Assembly: GCA_043228905.1 (NCBI GenBank)
Contig: JBHGNT010000013.1
Coordinates: 14,694,001 to 14,758,000 of the forward strand
Length of the DNA stretch: 64,000 nt
Reading direction: 5' to 3'
Source of the DNA: Azolla caroliniana
Lineage: Eukaryota; Plantae; Polypodiophyta
Below the pieces are notes generated by a model. The model had not been told where the DNA came from, ran no database searches, and was given only the letters and a program-made list of their open reading frames with translations. This document shows, piece by piece, positions 37,701-49,079 of this stretch. Position numbers and translations under genes: made by a program. Every line of letters begins with the position of its first letter. Within the stretch, counting starts at the first letter, position 1.

Positions 37701-40039
37701 AGGAGGATCCTTCACACCGGTTCTAGAGACTTCGGCAGTCGACAACGCGGTTGACGTAAGACCAAGATACTGACGGTGGCGGCGAGGTGACGAAGGCAAG
37801 GGCTACGGAAGGGCGGTCTACGGAGGATCCTTCACACCGGATCTAGAGACTTCGGCAGTCGGCAACGCGGTCGACGTAAGACCAAGATATTGACGGTGGC
37901 GGCAAGGTGACGAAGACAATGGGCATAAGGAAGTCCGGTCCTACGAGATCCCCACGCTTAACCAAAGACTCCGGCAGTTCTGCCATCGTGGCAACGTAAG
38001 ACCGAGGGAGAAGGAAGGCGGTGGTGGGAAACAAGACCCGGCTACGCGGAAGACACGAGGAGAGTCCGGGAGGGACTCAAACAAAAGACACCCGAATTTT
38101 GGCAAGCATAGAAACGGAGTCCGATCCTATGGGACCCTCACACCGATCCGTAGGCTTCGGCAGTCCGGCCAACATGGCAACGTGAGACCGGGGGAGAAGG
38201 ACGGTGGCGGCAGGGAACGGGACCCGACGACACGAGGTTCGGAAGGAGCCGGTAGGGGCAAACGCGGGGAGGTGTATCAGGCCGGAAAGGCACACCTAGG
38301 GCGGAACAGGAGTCTCGCAAGTGGCCATCACGGGCCGGATCGAAGCATGACTACGGGACGGTGGTTCGGCGCGGGTGGGCTGAACGAAGGAAGCGGAAGA
38401 CGGCACAAGGGAGGTGCCGAGAACGAAGTGACAAGTGCCTAGTGGACTGCACAGGGTCGGAACCAGGACGGCAAGAGAGGCCGGAGGAGGATCCTCCACA
38501 CTCGCTTCGTAGATCTCGGTAACTCCGTCGAAGTAACAAAGACTGACACGGCAAGCCGGGGTGACAAGCTGGTAGGGGCGAGGGGACGACGGCAAGCGAA
38601 AGACCCAGGACCTGTTGCAGCAGCATGGAGACGGGAAGGGTCAAGCGGGCTACTACGGGGTGTTCCTCGGATGCAAAGGACACCGGTATGCGGGTGAACA
38701 ATGATGCACGATTAGGCCGGAAAGGGGCCGACGAGGAGTGTGACACGAGCAGTACCAAACAACAGACGAGGGTAGGTGGCACACGGAGGTGCCGGAGCGG
38801 AGAAGGCCGGAAAGGGATCTTCCACACCGTTCCGGAGACCATGGCGGTTCGAGCCGACGCGGCGATGTAAGACAATGGAGAACGAAGGTGGCGGCGGGAG
38901 GACGAAGGCGACGCAAAACACCATCGGGACATCACGATTCGACAACGGAGGCCAAGCGGGCTGCCACGGGCATTCCTCTAGTGGAGGACATCGGGCACAC
39001 GGCGGGAAGCGGGGTGTCCATACGGCCGAACAAGGGCCAACGGACGAACGCGTGCTACGAAGGTCGCGGCAGAGGACCCATCGACGGGTCGAACGAGCCT
39101 ACGGGGAGGCGAGCGCGAAGGAAGACTTGAAGCCGCCGGATTAAACCGGCAGTGAGCCAAGATGCGGATCACAGGAGACCGGTTTCTCATCGGCCGAAAT
39201 CTCTCACCCTTCAACTAGATTGGCACGTACCGGTGGACGTACAGTTAGGTGGGGGCGGATGTCGTGAAGAATTTCGGCCATAGGCGAAAACCGGGAAACA
39301 TTGGCTATATCGGTGGGGTGCAGCGTGTGTACGCACCCATGTACATTTAGTGTGAATATCGAGGGCGCCTTTATGGCGCCGAAGAGTAGTCAAGTCAGGG
39401 CAGACGATCCCTTGTAAGGCGGGATTGTCCCACATTGTAACGCATCCCTTTTCTTGTTCTATAAAAGGAAGGGAACGCCCTTTGTGAAAGGGTTGCCCAT
39501 TTTGGATTAGAGGGTATACCGGTAGGTTTAGGGTTAGGTTTCTTCTGCTTCTTCTTCTTCCCCTTCGTGTTCGTTTAGGGTTGGCTGCAGCTTATCTCCT
39601 GTGCAAGACCCCGCTCGGCGCGACGAGCCCGAGAGCTCCCCGACGGCGGCTTGACAGCAGACGACTGTTGTAAACTATCTTGGTCTAGCTCGAAGCCGGG
39701 AGTGTATTCTACTTATATATATATACATATACGTTTTCCTCTGTCTGTGTATATTGGCGTCTTGTAGGTGTTGGGTGCTCCCCTCCTTCCCTACGTTTCC
39801 TGTACAAGAGGGCGAGTGTGCGTGCGTGCGTGCGTGTGTGTGTGTGGGTGCGTGTGTGTGCGCGCGCGTGAGTCGGTGTCAAGCACGCTCTCTCACTCCC
39901 TCTCTCCCCTCGGCGGCTTCCGGTGAGTTTCAGGGGTGCCCCAGAAACGGTGAAGTGCGACTTCCTACGCTCCGTCGCTCCCTAGTCCAAGACCCCCGTG
40001 GTCCCGCCTTTCTCCATGCACGCGCGTAACAACGTGACA
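34709..40039 (+). mobile_element. Non-autonomous LTR retroelement (gag-only, no pol; LARD/TR-GAG-like) with tRNA-Trp PBS, nested in Tcn1 gag; LTRs 34709-35471 and 39260-40039, 4-bp TSD CCGC/TCGC
   Basis: Highly similar ~770-bp LTRs TGTCGTG...GACA. PBS TGGTGAACCCGACGTGAA (35476-35493) is complementary to the plant tRNA-Trp 3' end. PPT AGGTGGGGGCGGA. A gag-like stretch GRFNGDKVPSYLEAYNAEM is present, with no PR/RT/RH/INT motifs. Removing it with a 4-bp TSD restores host ERQFRRANGLCLYCG. Confidence 0.9.
37341..37920 (+). repeat. 120-bp tandem array, about 4.8 copies
   Basis: The unit CGGAGGATCCTTCACACCGGTTCTAGAGACTTCGG...GGGCGGTCTA starts at 37341, 37461, 37581, 37701 and 37821 with few substitutions. 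Confidence 0.95.
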
Positions 40040-42921
40040 TCGCCGAAATTGTCGTTCGACATCAGTCAATGGCCGAAATTGGGCTTGATCAATTTCCATT
40101 GGGACTGGAGCATTTGCAAAAGTGGGGGAGCCTGACACAATCGGCGGGAGTGATATCTGGGGTTGTACGACTGGGGCGTGTCGTGGAAGTGAATGAGGTG
40201 AACCCCAAGTCCCACACAATTCGAAAAGGCGATTGTCACAATGGAATGCTTGTGAAAACGAGGTCGGCTCGGGAAAGTTCAATGGAAGATTCTTGACATT
40301 GCTCCGAAGGCCCCGCTGAAAGTGATAAACTAAAGCTTGATCATCCTAGTTGACGTCGCATGCTAGTTGTCGGAATTTTGAAGCATAGACAGAAGCTACA
40401 CGCGAACCTTGTTCGAGTGCATAAAGCTTGGTGAGGGTTGTACGTTGCCGGTCCCTCTCTCCAAATGTGGCCTCTAACTCGGTGAGGAAGGCGGGAAAGT
40501 CCTCCAATAGAGGTGAAGAAGTTTCTACCAATGGTGCAAACCAAACTTGGGCCGGATCGGAGAGGAGGGTGCCAACAAGGCCGACTTGTCGAAGACCATT
40601 TGCATAACGTTGAGGTTGTAGCCGAATGATAAGACAAATTTGGTTGATGAATCCCTGGAAATGTGACCTCATCCCATCAAATTTTTCTGGGAGGCTAACC
40701 TTAAGCTCAAGAAAATGAGAAGAAGCTAGGCCATATGTTGGTAGAAGATTGGGCTCTGGCTAGGTTGCGATGGGAGACTAGGCTCTGCGGGTTGGGAGGA
40801 TAAGGAGGTGCCGACTTGAAGTTCTTGTAAAGAATTCCAAAGAGCTTCATTTTCAAGTTGGAGTTGTTGTAAGGCTATCATTATCTAGCTTAAGTCACTA
40901 GTTGGGTCGGACATAGCTAGGGCTAATGAGAGGGAGAGCTATGAGGATAGGAGGTGAACAAACTGTTAGGTATAGGAAATATGCACAAGAGAGTAGAAGA
41001 TAATCAAAGGGACGAGTTGATTAATTGAAAGAATCTGTAACTAGTGTTGTTCACCTTGATTGTAATCTAGGTGAACACACATATTTATACAAGTTCTGAG
41101 ATTGAATATCTCTAAAATATACCCGTCTAGAATATACCATAGAATATTTCTAGAATATACTAAAGACTAGAATATTCTGAAGGTACTATATGCTAGACTA
41201 TACAATATTAAACCATATACAATTTACATGTAACTTAAGGGTTTCCAAATGGTTTATCTAATACTAAGTATTGGGTGTGTTATAGGTTAGAGGTTTGAGT
41301 CTAGATGTGACATAGACCCACAATGTCACCATTTGTTGCAAGCCTTGATAGCATCACTAACAAGGGATAAGTAACAATAGCAAACAACAATGGGCTAAGA
41401 TGGCATCCTTGACGAATGGATCTTGTGAGGGCAATATTTGATGTAACTCCCCCATTAAGCATTACTCGAGACACCGCATCTTGTCCTAATAAAAATATGA
41501 GGCGAGACATACGAGGCCCAAAGCCCATTGTATGCATTAACCCAGAAACAAAGGACCAATTAACATGATCATAACCTTTCTCCAAATCTAATTGCACCAT
41601 AATAAATTCTTGATGAGTGTTTCGAGCATAATCTATGGCCATTTGAACTTTCAACACATTATGCAATATATTCCTACATGCATATAATAAAACCATATTG
41701 GGCAGGATGTATCAACTTTGAAAAATACTTTTGTAATCTATTTTCCAAGATCTTTGTAGATATCTTATACAACCCCCCCATCAAAGAAATAGGTCTCCAT
41801 TGATGAAATGACTCGGGAGATGCCATCGTTGGAACTAATTTAATTAGACCAACCTTCCAAGCTTGAGGCATACAACCAGAATCCCAAGAATGTTGAAACA
41901 TCAAAGTTAAGGGCCCCTTTAAAATGTTTGAATATTGCTTAAAAATTTCATTTGTCAAGCCAATCCAACCAGGGCTCTTACCACTAGGAAGATGCCTTAA
42001 AACCGTGAAATCCTCGTCCTTAGTGAAATCCAATTCTTGACTAATGAGGTCATGCACAATACATCCAAGCACATCATAAAACTCATGATGTGCTCTACTC
42101 ACCTCATTCGTCATTAACAATTGTGGGTCTTAAACCTGAACCAATTCATCCCCATATGTCAATTATTTTAGTAGGATCCAATATCAATTCATCCCCTTGC
42201 TTCACATGTACCACACTAGATCGTGCATAAGTAGGATGTAACGTTTGGAAAAACAAATGAGATTGACATTGATTATCTATGAGCCCATCCCTCAGTTGAC
42301 GCATCTTTGCATGACGATAACTTTGGCATTGCATTTGAGAAATAATAACCTGCAGTTGATGTTGGATATCCAAAAGCTCCTCATCTAATGGTGCATGTAT
42401 CAATAATGCATTACACTTGCAGAGATCTTGTGAGAATTGTTGAAGAAAACCTCTTCTTTGTTGCATTAGTTACTCTATACATATGATGAATGATCATAAT
42501 GTTTCGTAACGTGATATCCCATGCTTTAACTCCTTTAAGATTCACTTCTTGTGAAAAATTTACCAAAATTTTCTCCATGAGAGAATCAAAGTGAGGTTGA
42601 AGCAAAAGAGAAGAGTTAAAGCGTAATGGAGGATTTCCAAGTAAGGATTTATACATGTCAATTGCATGACTCCAAACCTCCAACAAATAGGAGAGTGATA
42701 TGAAGTTCCTACATCCTGTAGAACTGTCATACGAAGTGATGTTAGTAAAAAAGAATCATCGTGCATCACATACATTCTATCTAACTGACTCCATGTTTGT
42801 TTATGTTGAGCAGATTGGAAAGTAAAACCTGGATCATTCCCAACTTCAGAACCTCCATAGCCAATGAATCCCAAGAAAGTTGCCCAGGATCATCCATGAT
42901 TGAATGTTTAGACATAGATTG

Positions 42922-42979
<58 letters not shown>

Positions 42980-43016
42980 CTAGCTTACCCTGTGGTAAGC
43001 CGTTTATACTATTAGC

Positions 43017-43140
43017 TAGGGATCAACAACGGTTTGGTTTAGGGTTAATTAGTTTGGCCTTATCCAAGACAATCCGATTAAGCCTAAACCGTTTTGGGGT
43101 TCTTCAACTTGAACCAAACCGATTCCTAAATCGGTTTGAC
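43017..43140 (+). mobile_element. Possible hAT/MITE terminus
   Basis: TAGGGATC (similar to the Ac/Ds TIR start) is followed by clustered AAACCG/CGGTTT subterminal-like motifs. A similar motif cluster lies at 48716-48790. No matching second TIR was found. Confidence 0.35.
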
Positions 43141-43910
43141 CTAAATTGGTATGTGGACCTCACCATTATTCTTCTTTCCCTCAACCTCAACAACAACATT
43201 ATCAACACCACGACCACCATCACTATCTCCGATACAAATATATGATCATGGCTATGGAGACATACATGCCAAATTTCCTGCTTCTACAAGAAACTTTGCT
43301 TGCTAGCACATGGACATGGATTGCCCTTGGCCTTGCCACCATAGCCACCTTAATCCGAGCTTTCTTCACTCGGCCTCGTCTCTATGAACCTCTCTTTTCC
43401 TCCCTCCTCCCCTCCTCCCACAAATCAATCTAATATGTTAGGTAAGGAAAATGAATCCATTGTAGCGGATAAAAAAAGGGAAACCATAAAAAGTAAGGAA
43501 AATGATTATATTAAAGAAGAAGAAGAAAAAGAGAGTATGCTATGCTCATATGATGACTTGTTCTCCGGGGTTCTCTCGATTGATAATAATTGTATACAAA
43601 AACCTCCAATGATTCAACCCAAGAAGCAACAATTGCATTATATAATTAGAGAAGAGGAAAGTATAAATCTTTCACATTCTTGGCTCTCAAGAAGTGTTTT
43701 CTTTTAGAAGCAATTTGGGTGGGATAAATTGCTGGATAAATTGGGGGAAAACATCAGTGGCTACTATTGAAGAAGATCATCATGGAAAGAGATCAACTGA
43801 CGTCATCAAAGAACTTAAAGGGTGGGAGTAGGGAAGAGGATCAACGATTTAGTGATTAAAACATGTCACTGATTCCATGAAGCCATGAGTCAGAAGGTGT
43901 GTAGGTTGTA

Positions 43911-43954
<44 letters not shown>

Positions 43955-44006
43955 GTCCACTATGTAGTATGCATGCTCCCTCCCTCTCCCTCTCTCTCTC
44001 ATAAAT

Positions 44007-44801
44007 ATGCCAAAAGGAGTAAAAGCCAATGATGAAAGCCCAAACAATCAAATGCATACTTTGTCAATGGAAAAGATCGCAACTATGTATATCTCATTGC
44101 AAGAGACAATGATGCATATGCAAAGCAAAATGTATGCTTGTAAGGAGAGGGAATTAACTCTTCAACATACAGTGGAAATGCAAAAGTTAGAGATTAAAGC
44201 TTTGCGTGAAGAACTACATGCAATGAAGAACATGACTATTCAAATGCAATATAATAGGATGTTTGAAATAGAAAGAAAAATGTTGAGTCTTGAAGCAGAA
44301 AAAGAGATTGTAGTGAAGGCAAATGCCGAAATAAAATCTACAATTGAAGGGAAGGAAGATGTGATCATGACAAGGTGGAAAGATTTTCTCTTGAAAGAAA
44401 CACTAAAAGTCACGCAAAGACATTCTAATACCATGGATGTGTTAGATGCAAAGGAGCAATATGAAATCGAAAGAAGAAAGAATAATATTGTCATTAGAGG
44501 TATGCAAGAGAATGCATTATCTCTTGGACAAAATATTACGAATTTCTTTGAAGATCACTTTGCTATGCGAGATGTTATTGTATATGCCACACATAGGGTT
44601 GGCAAAAAGCAACTAGAGGGAAAGACATCTCGAGCTATTGTTTGTACAATCCTCGATGAACGTAGACGAACAATGATTCTAGATAGTAGTAAGGTGTACT
44701 TAAAAGGGACAAGTTTTTTTGTAACGGAGGATAGAATTCCACAAGAGCAAGAACGTAGAAGGCAAGCATATGCATCTCGGAAAGTAAATCAAAATGCATA
44801 A
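44007..44801 (+). CDS. LINE ORF1 protein (coiled coil plus RRM-like RRKNNIVIRG...HRVGK...RAIVC region), intact 264 aa
   Basis: Open ORF 6 nt upstream of ORF2, with motifs typical of non-LTR ORF1 proteins. Confidence 0.8.
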   Translation: MPKGVKANDESPNNQMHTLSMEKIATMYISLQETMMHMQSKMYACKERELTLQHTVEMQKLEIKALREELHAMKNMTIQMQYNRMFEIERKMLSLEAEKEIVVKANAEIKSTIEGKEDVIMTRWKDFLLKETLKVTQRHSNTMDVLDAKEQYEIERRKNNIVIRGMQENALSLGQNITNFFEDHFAMRDVIVYATHRVGKKQLEGKTSRAIVCTILDERRRTMILDSSKVYLKGTSFFVTEDRIPQEQERRRQAYASRKVNQNA

Positions 44802-46788
44802 CAAGCAATGACCTATGGGACCATAAGTGCTTCCTTATTGAAAGTAATGTTTTGGAATTGTAGAGGATATCCATGGAATAAGGGTTTAGGACTCAATGAT
44901 GTAGCTCAAGGTATGGATATTATATTTTTGGCTGAAACATGGGAGCATGAGGCAAAACATATACCTAAAATAGACGGTTACCTCATAAAATTGATATGGC
45001 CTCACTCCAAAGGGAATATTGGGCGTGCCGGGATAGCATGTATCTACCATGAGAGCTTAGATAATTCTATCAAAGTATGCAAATATGATGACTATAAGAG
45101 ATACATATGGATAGAGGTTAATTTGGGGAAAGAGAAGTTGTATATAGTTGCATGTTACATTCCTCACAAAGACTCAAACTACTATAGTAGGTTTGGGTTA
45201 GATTGTGATGATCCTTTTACAGAATTATGCCATGATATACTTTCATTTGAGAAGCTTGGTAAAGTTTTAATTATGGGAGACTTCAATGCAAGAGTTGGAA
45301 ATTTCCAAAATGTGGAGACATTTGAAGAAAATGTAGTAGAACATTGTCTAGTGCGTGACTTAGAGGATTGTGTCATGTCAGATTATGGAAAACTTTTGAT
45401 ACATATGCTAAATTGCACAAACTTGATTATCCTAAGTGGTATAAAGGCATTCCCATTGACAAATGTGCTCACATGTTTACCATCCTCGGGTGGAGGAAGT
45501 GTGGTTGATTATGCATTAATGTTGGTATGTGATATATCATTGGTGAATGTGTTTAAAGTTGGTTCTCTATCTCCGGACTCAGATCACAAGCCATTGTAAT
45601 TAGAGCTTGCAATTCCACATTCCACTAGATGTCGTGGAGTGAAAGACAAAAAGAGATGTATCATCCGACCTTGCTACGAAAAAGCTAAGATGTATGCAAA
45701 AGAGGTGGAGAACCATTTGTTAAATTTTTCTCTAAGCAACGATGTTAAAGAAAATTAGCAACATTTGAAGGATATAATCCTTAAGGTTGGATATCAATGC
45801 TTTACGAGACATGTGGGTGGGCATAAGGTGTGTAGTTTTCCATGTAATTCTTGGTTCGACGATGAATGTAAGATGTATTTCAAATGGTTTATGTCCATAG
45901 AAGGAGGGAATGAAAAGATTGTTGCATGACACATATACAAGAAAGTAGTGAGGAGAAAGAAAAGAAGATATTTCCAAATGCAAGAGATGAAAAAGAAAAA
46001 CTTGTTTAAGCTCAAACCAAAATTAGCATGGGGACAACTCAAGGGTAAGAAAGAAGATGTGAAAGGTCACTTTACAAATGAAGAGATGCTAGACTATGTA
46101 CAAAGGTTATATATGCATGAAGGTGTGGCTCCTATGGTTGGGAAAATTGAAACTCCATGCACTACATATATCGATATTGATGATGTCAATAAGGGAATAA
46201 AGAAGATGGCAAGTGGGAAAGCAGTAGATTCAACCTATGGCTCAAGTGAACTTTTAAAATGGACAATGCCACACACTCGTCATTGGATAATGACAATTTT
46301 AGAGCAAGCTATAAAGCAAGGATTTCCAAATGATTGGCTTATGAATTGGATTAAACCAATATTTAAAGCCAGAGATAGGAATCAAGTATCAAATTATCGT
46401 ACAATAATGGTGAGCTCAACTATTGCTAAATTATATAGCACTGCTATGGAGCAAAAGATAAGCACATGGGTTGAGAGTACAAGCAAAAGAGCACTTGGGC
46501 AAGCCGGATTTAGACCAAAACACTCCATCGTGGATCATTTGGTCACATTAAGAGTAACCATGGAAGAGAGTCGACTACAAGGAAAAACACTTTATTGTTG
46601 TTTTGTTGATTTCAAGAAAGCTTTTGATAACGTACCACGAAGTGAGCTTTGGAATAGAATGGTGGACATTGACATGCCATTAACGTACTGAGTTGCGGTT
46701 GCACGCCTAGATGAACAAGTTAAATGCCAACTAAAAATGGATAGTGGATTCTCAAAGCACTTGTTAAGTAACATGGGGGTCAAGCAAG

Positions 46789-47095
46789 TGTCGAATACGA
46801 GTGTATAATGGCCATATTCACACAATCCCTTTGGACAGCCCAAGTTTGGGCTATTTCTGTAAATAGCATAAAGGGTAGTTGCCCTAGGACAGTGACTACA
46901 TAAAGTGACTTTGTAACCTTTAGAAAAGGTTGGCTGTCATTCTTTGTAACTCTTGCTATTGGAATAGAACGATTCTTTTGTGCCTATCTCTCCCTCTCTC
47001 TCCTTCTCTCTTTGTGTCTATCTTGCATATGCGCAATGTTCTTCTTCATCACGAATGTTGCTTGCACTTCCGCATTGATGACCTTGTCCCCAACA
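46789..47095. mobile_element. Solo LTR (307 bp) inserted in the RTEX RT domain, TSD GCAAG/ACAAG
   Basis: TG...CA termini; removing it restores GVKQGCPLS. Confidence 0.85.
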
Positions 47096-48796
47096 ACAAG
47101 GATGTCCACTATCACTCACACTCTTTGGCCTATGTATTGATAAATTAGAAGAAGTGGTGAATAAGGTTGCAAGAGAAGAAGGATTGAATGGCCCCAATTT
47201 GATGCAACATGTTATCTTATTGCTTCTATATGCAAATGATGTGGTACTCTTCTTGTATGATGTTGATAGTATGCAACATTTACTTGGGGTATTAGAAGAA
47301 TTTTGCCATAGTAGTGGACTAGCAGTGAATGTGGAGAAAACAAAAATGATGGTAGTGCAAACCACCCAACCTCATCATTACCCTATGCTCACATATAAAG
47401 GTGAACATATACAATTTGTTCAAAGTTTTACATATCTTGGTGTTGATGTACCCGCCACAAATAAATGGAGTGCATGCTTTAATTCTAGACTCCAAGCCGG
47501 TTGGAAATCATATTACCTTTTGGAGAACCAATGCAACCATAGTGATACTTGTGGATGGGAAGTAAAACTAATGTTGTTCAATGCCATGGTAACTCAAGTA
47601 TTGCTTTATGGAGTAGAAGTATGGGGTGGGACCATCTCTCTTAATGCATAGAACGAGATTGAGAAAATTCAAAAGATGTTTTTAAGGAGGCAATTAGGAG
47701 TTAAATGCACTACCTCTTACTAGGTTATGCTCTTGGAAATGGGTGTTCGACCCATAGAACTATTGGCACTCCAAAGAGTATATAAATACATTACAAAAGT
47801 CAAGAATATGCCGAATCATTGATTACCACATCTTGCTTGGAATGTTGGATGTAAGCTACAAAAGAATCATAAAAGTAAGATTCTCTCATCTAGTTGGGTT
47901 GTTGACATAAGGAAATGGTTTAGAAGATGGGGCGTGGATGATCTTTTAGAGCTTTCGGGCAATGCTATGCAATATGTAATGATTGAGGAAAGGTTGGTGG
48001 AATCATTAAGGATGAAGTGGGAGGATGCTAAGAGGACAAAGCTAGAATACTACATTGCAAATGTCAACCCTGAATGTTGGTCTCAATATAAAGCAATAAT
48101 GTCTATTGATCGTATCCAACCTTATCTCATTACCAATATGAGTAGTAATGCTCATAGAGCCCTTACACTACTTCGCACTCGATCTCACAAGTTAGGTATT
48201 GAAGTTGCATTATGGTATCAAAATGTAACGAATTTGAAGACATGTAAAGTATGCAATGAAGGCATGGTAGAGGATGAATGTCACTTGCTCTTCACATGCT
48301 CGACATATAGTGCAATTCGTTCAAGATATGCTGACATACTAAGAGGGAGTGATAACTTAAGTGCCATACTTAAGACACCACCTAGAAGGTTGAGCTCATA
48401 TGTGTATGCTTTACTAACACATAGAGACGTTGTGCTTCAACGCATGAATATCCCTTCTTAGGAAGGAGACATATATCAAGAACACATGTATACCCTGGTC
48501 CCATAGGTCAAAATTGGCCTCTTTATGGACGATAACAATTCTAATTCTAATTCTAATTCTCTCTCTCTCTTCTATGTGGAGACTCGTGAGTTGACACACT
48601 AGTCTCTTATTCAAGAGTCGTTGCATATGGCAATGGCTTCCTTTCAGTGAGTCAGTTTTCTTTCTCTCAAGTTTTTAACTGTCTAATTTAACTATTAAAT
48701 CACATAAATGGCTTAACTGGTTTGGGAAGGCTCAAGCCAAGCCAAACCGCTAAGCTGGTTTAAACCGGTTTAGGCTTGAGTCGAGCCATTATCGAA

Positions 48797-49030
48797 ACCC
48801 AATTTTCTCACCTCTCTATTACTCCATAGATATCTCTTATTTCATTAGATGCCAATGTGGAATGTAAGGGTTGAACCCATGACCACCTAGTCTCCATTGA
48901 GCTACATCCATCTGGGCTCTCTCTCTCTCTCTCATGACGTAATTAGTTTACGCTATTGCTAAGTTGTAACTTGTTACACTACAAGCACTATGTTTTAGGT
49001 TTGAATCCCAATTTTCTCACCTCTCTATTG
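48797..49030. repeat. Short interspersed repeat with B-box-like motifs (second copy at 57850-58010)
   Basis: Shared blocks are cccaatt(t)ctcacctctctatt...tagatgc..tgtggaatgtaag.gttgaa..catgaccacc and cgtaatta...gttgtaa.ttgtt.acactacaagca...gg(t)tcgaa.ccc. The order of blocks is permuted between the two loci. Confidence 0.6.
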
Positions 49031-49079
49031 TCGAATCACAACAAATAATTGCGGAAGACCAAGGAATTTCCTCAAATAA

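Larger units (their letters stand above)
30666..41312 (-). mobile_element. Ty3/gypsy chromovirus, Tcn1-like (self-priming); LTRs 30666-31041 and 40964-41312, TSD TAGAC
   Basis: gag starts at about 40914 (FQGFINQ..., CLYCGGSG). Then PR (LLDSGAS), RT ([23 protein letters not shown]), RH, INT (MDLIIDLP, SSYHPQTD, IHDVFH) and a chromodomain (EEYVVDQILDS...KGY). PPT AGGAGTGGGGATAA lies next to 31042. There is no tRNA-type PBS. Many stops and frameshifts. Confidence 0.93.
19323..42923 (-). mobile_element. L1/Tx1-type LINE ORF2 (5'-truncated, decayed) split into four pieces: 19323-19843, 28931-29687, 30099-30665, 41313-42923
   Basis: Contains the endonuclease end (WSQLDRMYV...S(D)HSPI), RT (GKSPG..., WRPISL, LDLEKGYDHV, IRQGCHLSPLLF), VAWNHLATPKRLGGVGI and zf-RVT (KVFIWRVL..GWPLG|..LKRRGLATGNCFFC...EDSTHRFIQC). 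Reading frames rejoin across each insertion once the TSD is removed. Confidence 0.85.
43951..48559 (+). mobile_element. Near full-length RTEX-like non-LTR retrotransposon (ORF1 44007-44801; disrupted ORF2 44808-48461), (AATTCT)n tail
   Basis: ORF2 has APE (WNCRG, LAETW, GDFNARVG, VVDY, SDHKP) and RT (NYRTIMV, QAGFR, FVDFKKAFD, GVKQGCPLS, YAND for YADD, YLGV). Its C-terminus reads LRTRSHKLGIE...CKVCNEGMVEDECHLLFTC. The tail (AATTCT)4 is at 48536-48559. The clade call is from motif pattern only. Confidence 0.85.

Noticed and set aside
37341-37920. 120-bp repeats as a CRISPR array
   Set aside because: The units are contiguous with no unique spacers, there are no cas genes, and the context is a eukaryotic retroelement.
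35362-39214. Many overlapping GC-rich ORFs as horizontally acquired bacterial genes
   Set aside because: They lie between paired LTRs, contain no recognisable domains beyond a gag-like start, and long ORFs are expected by chance at this GC content.
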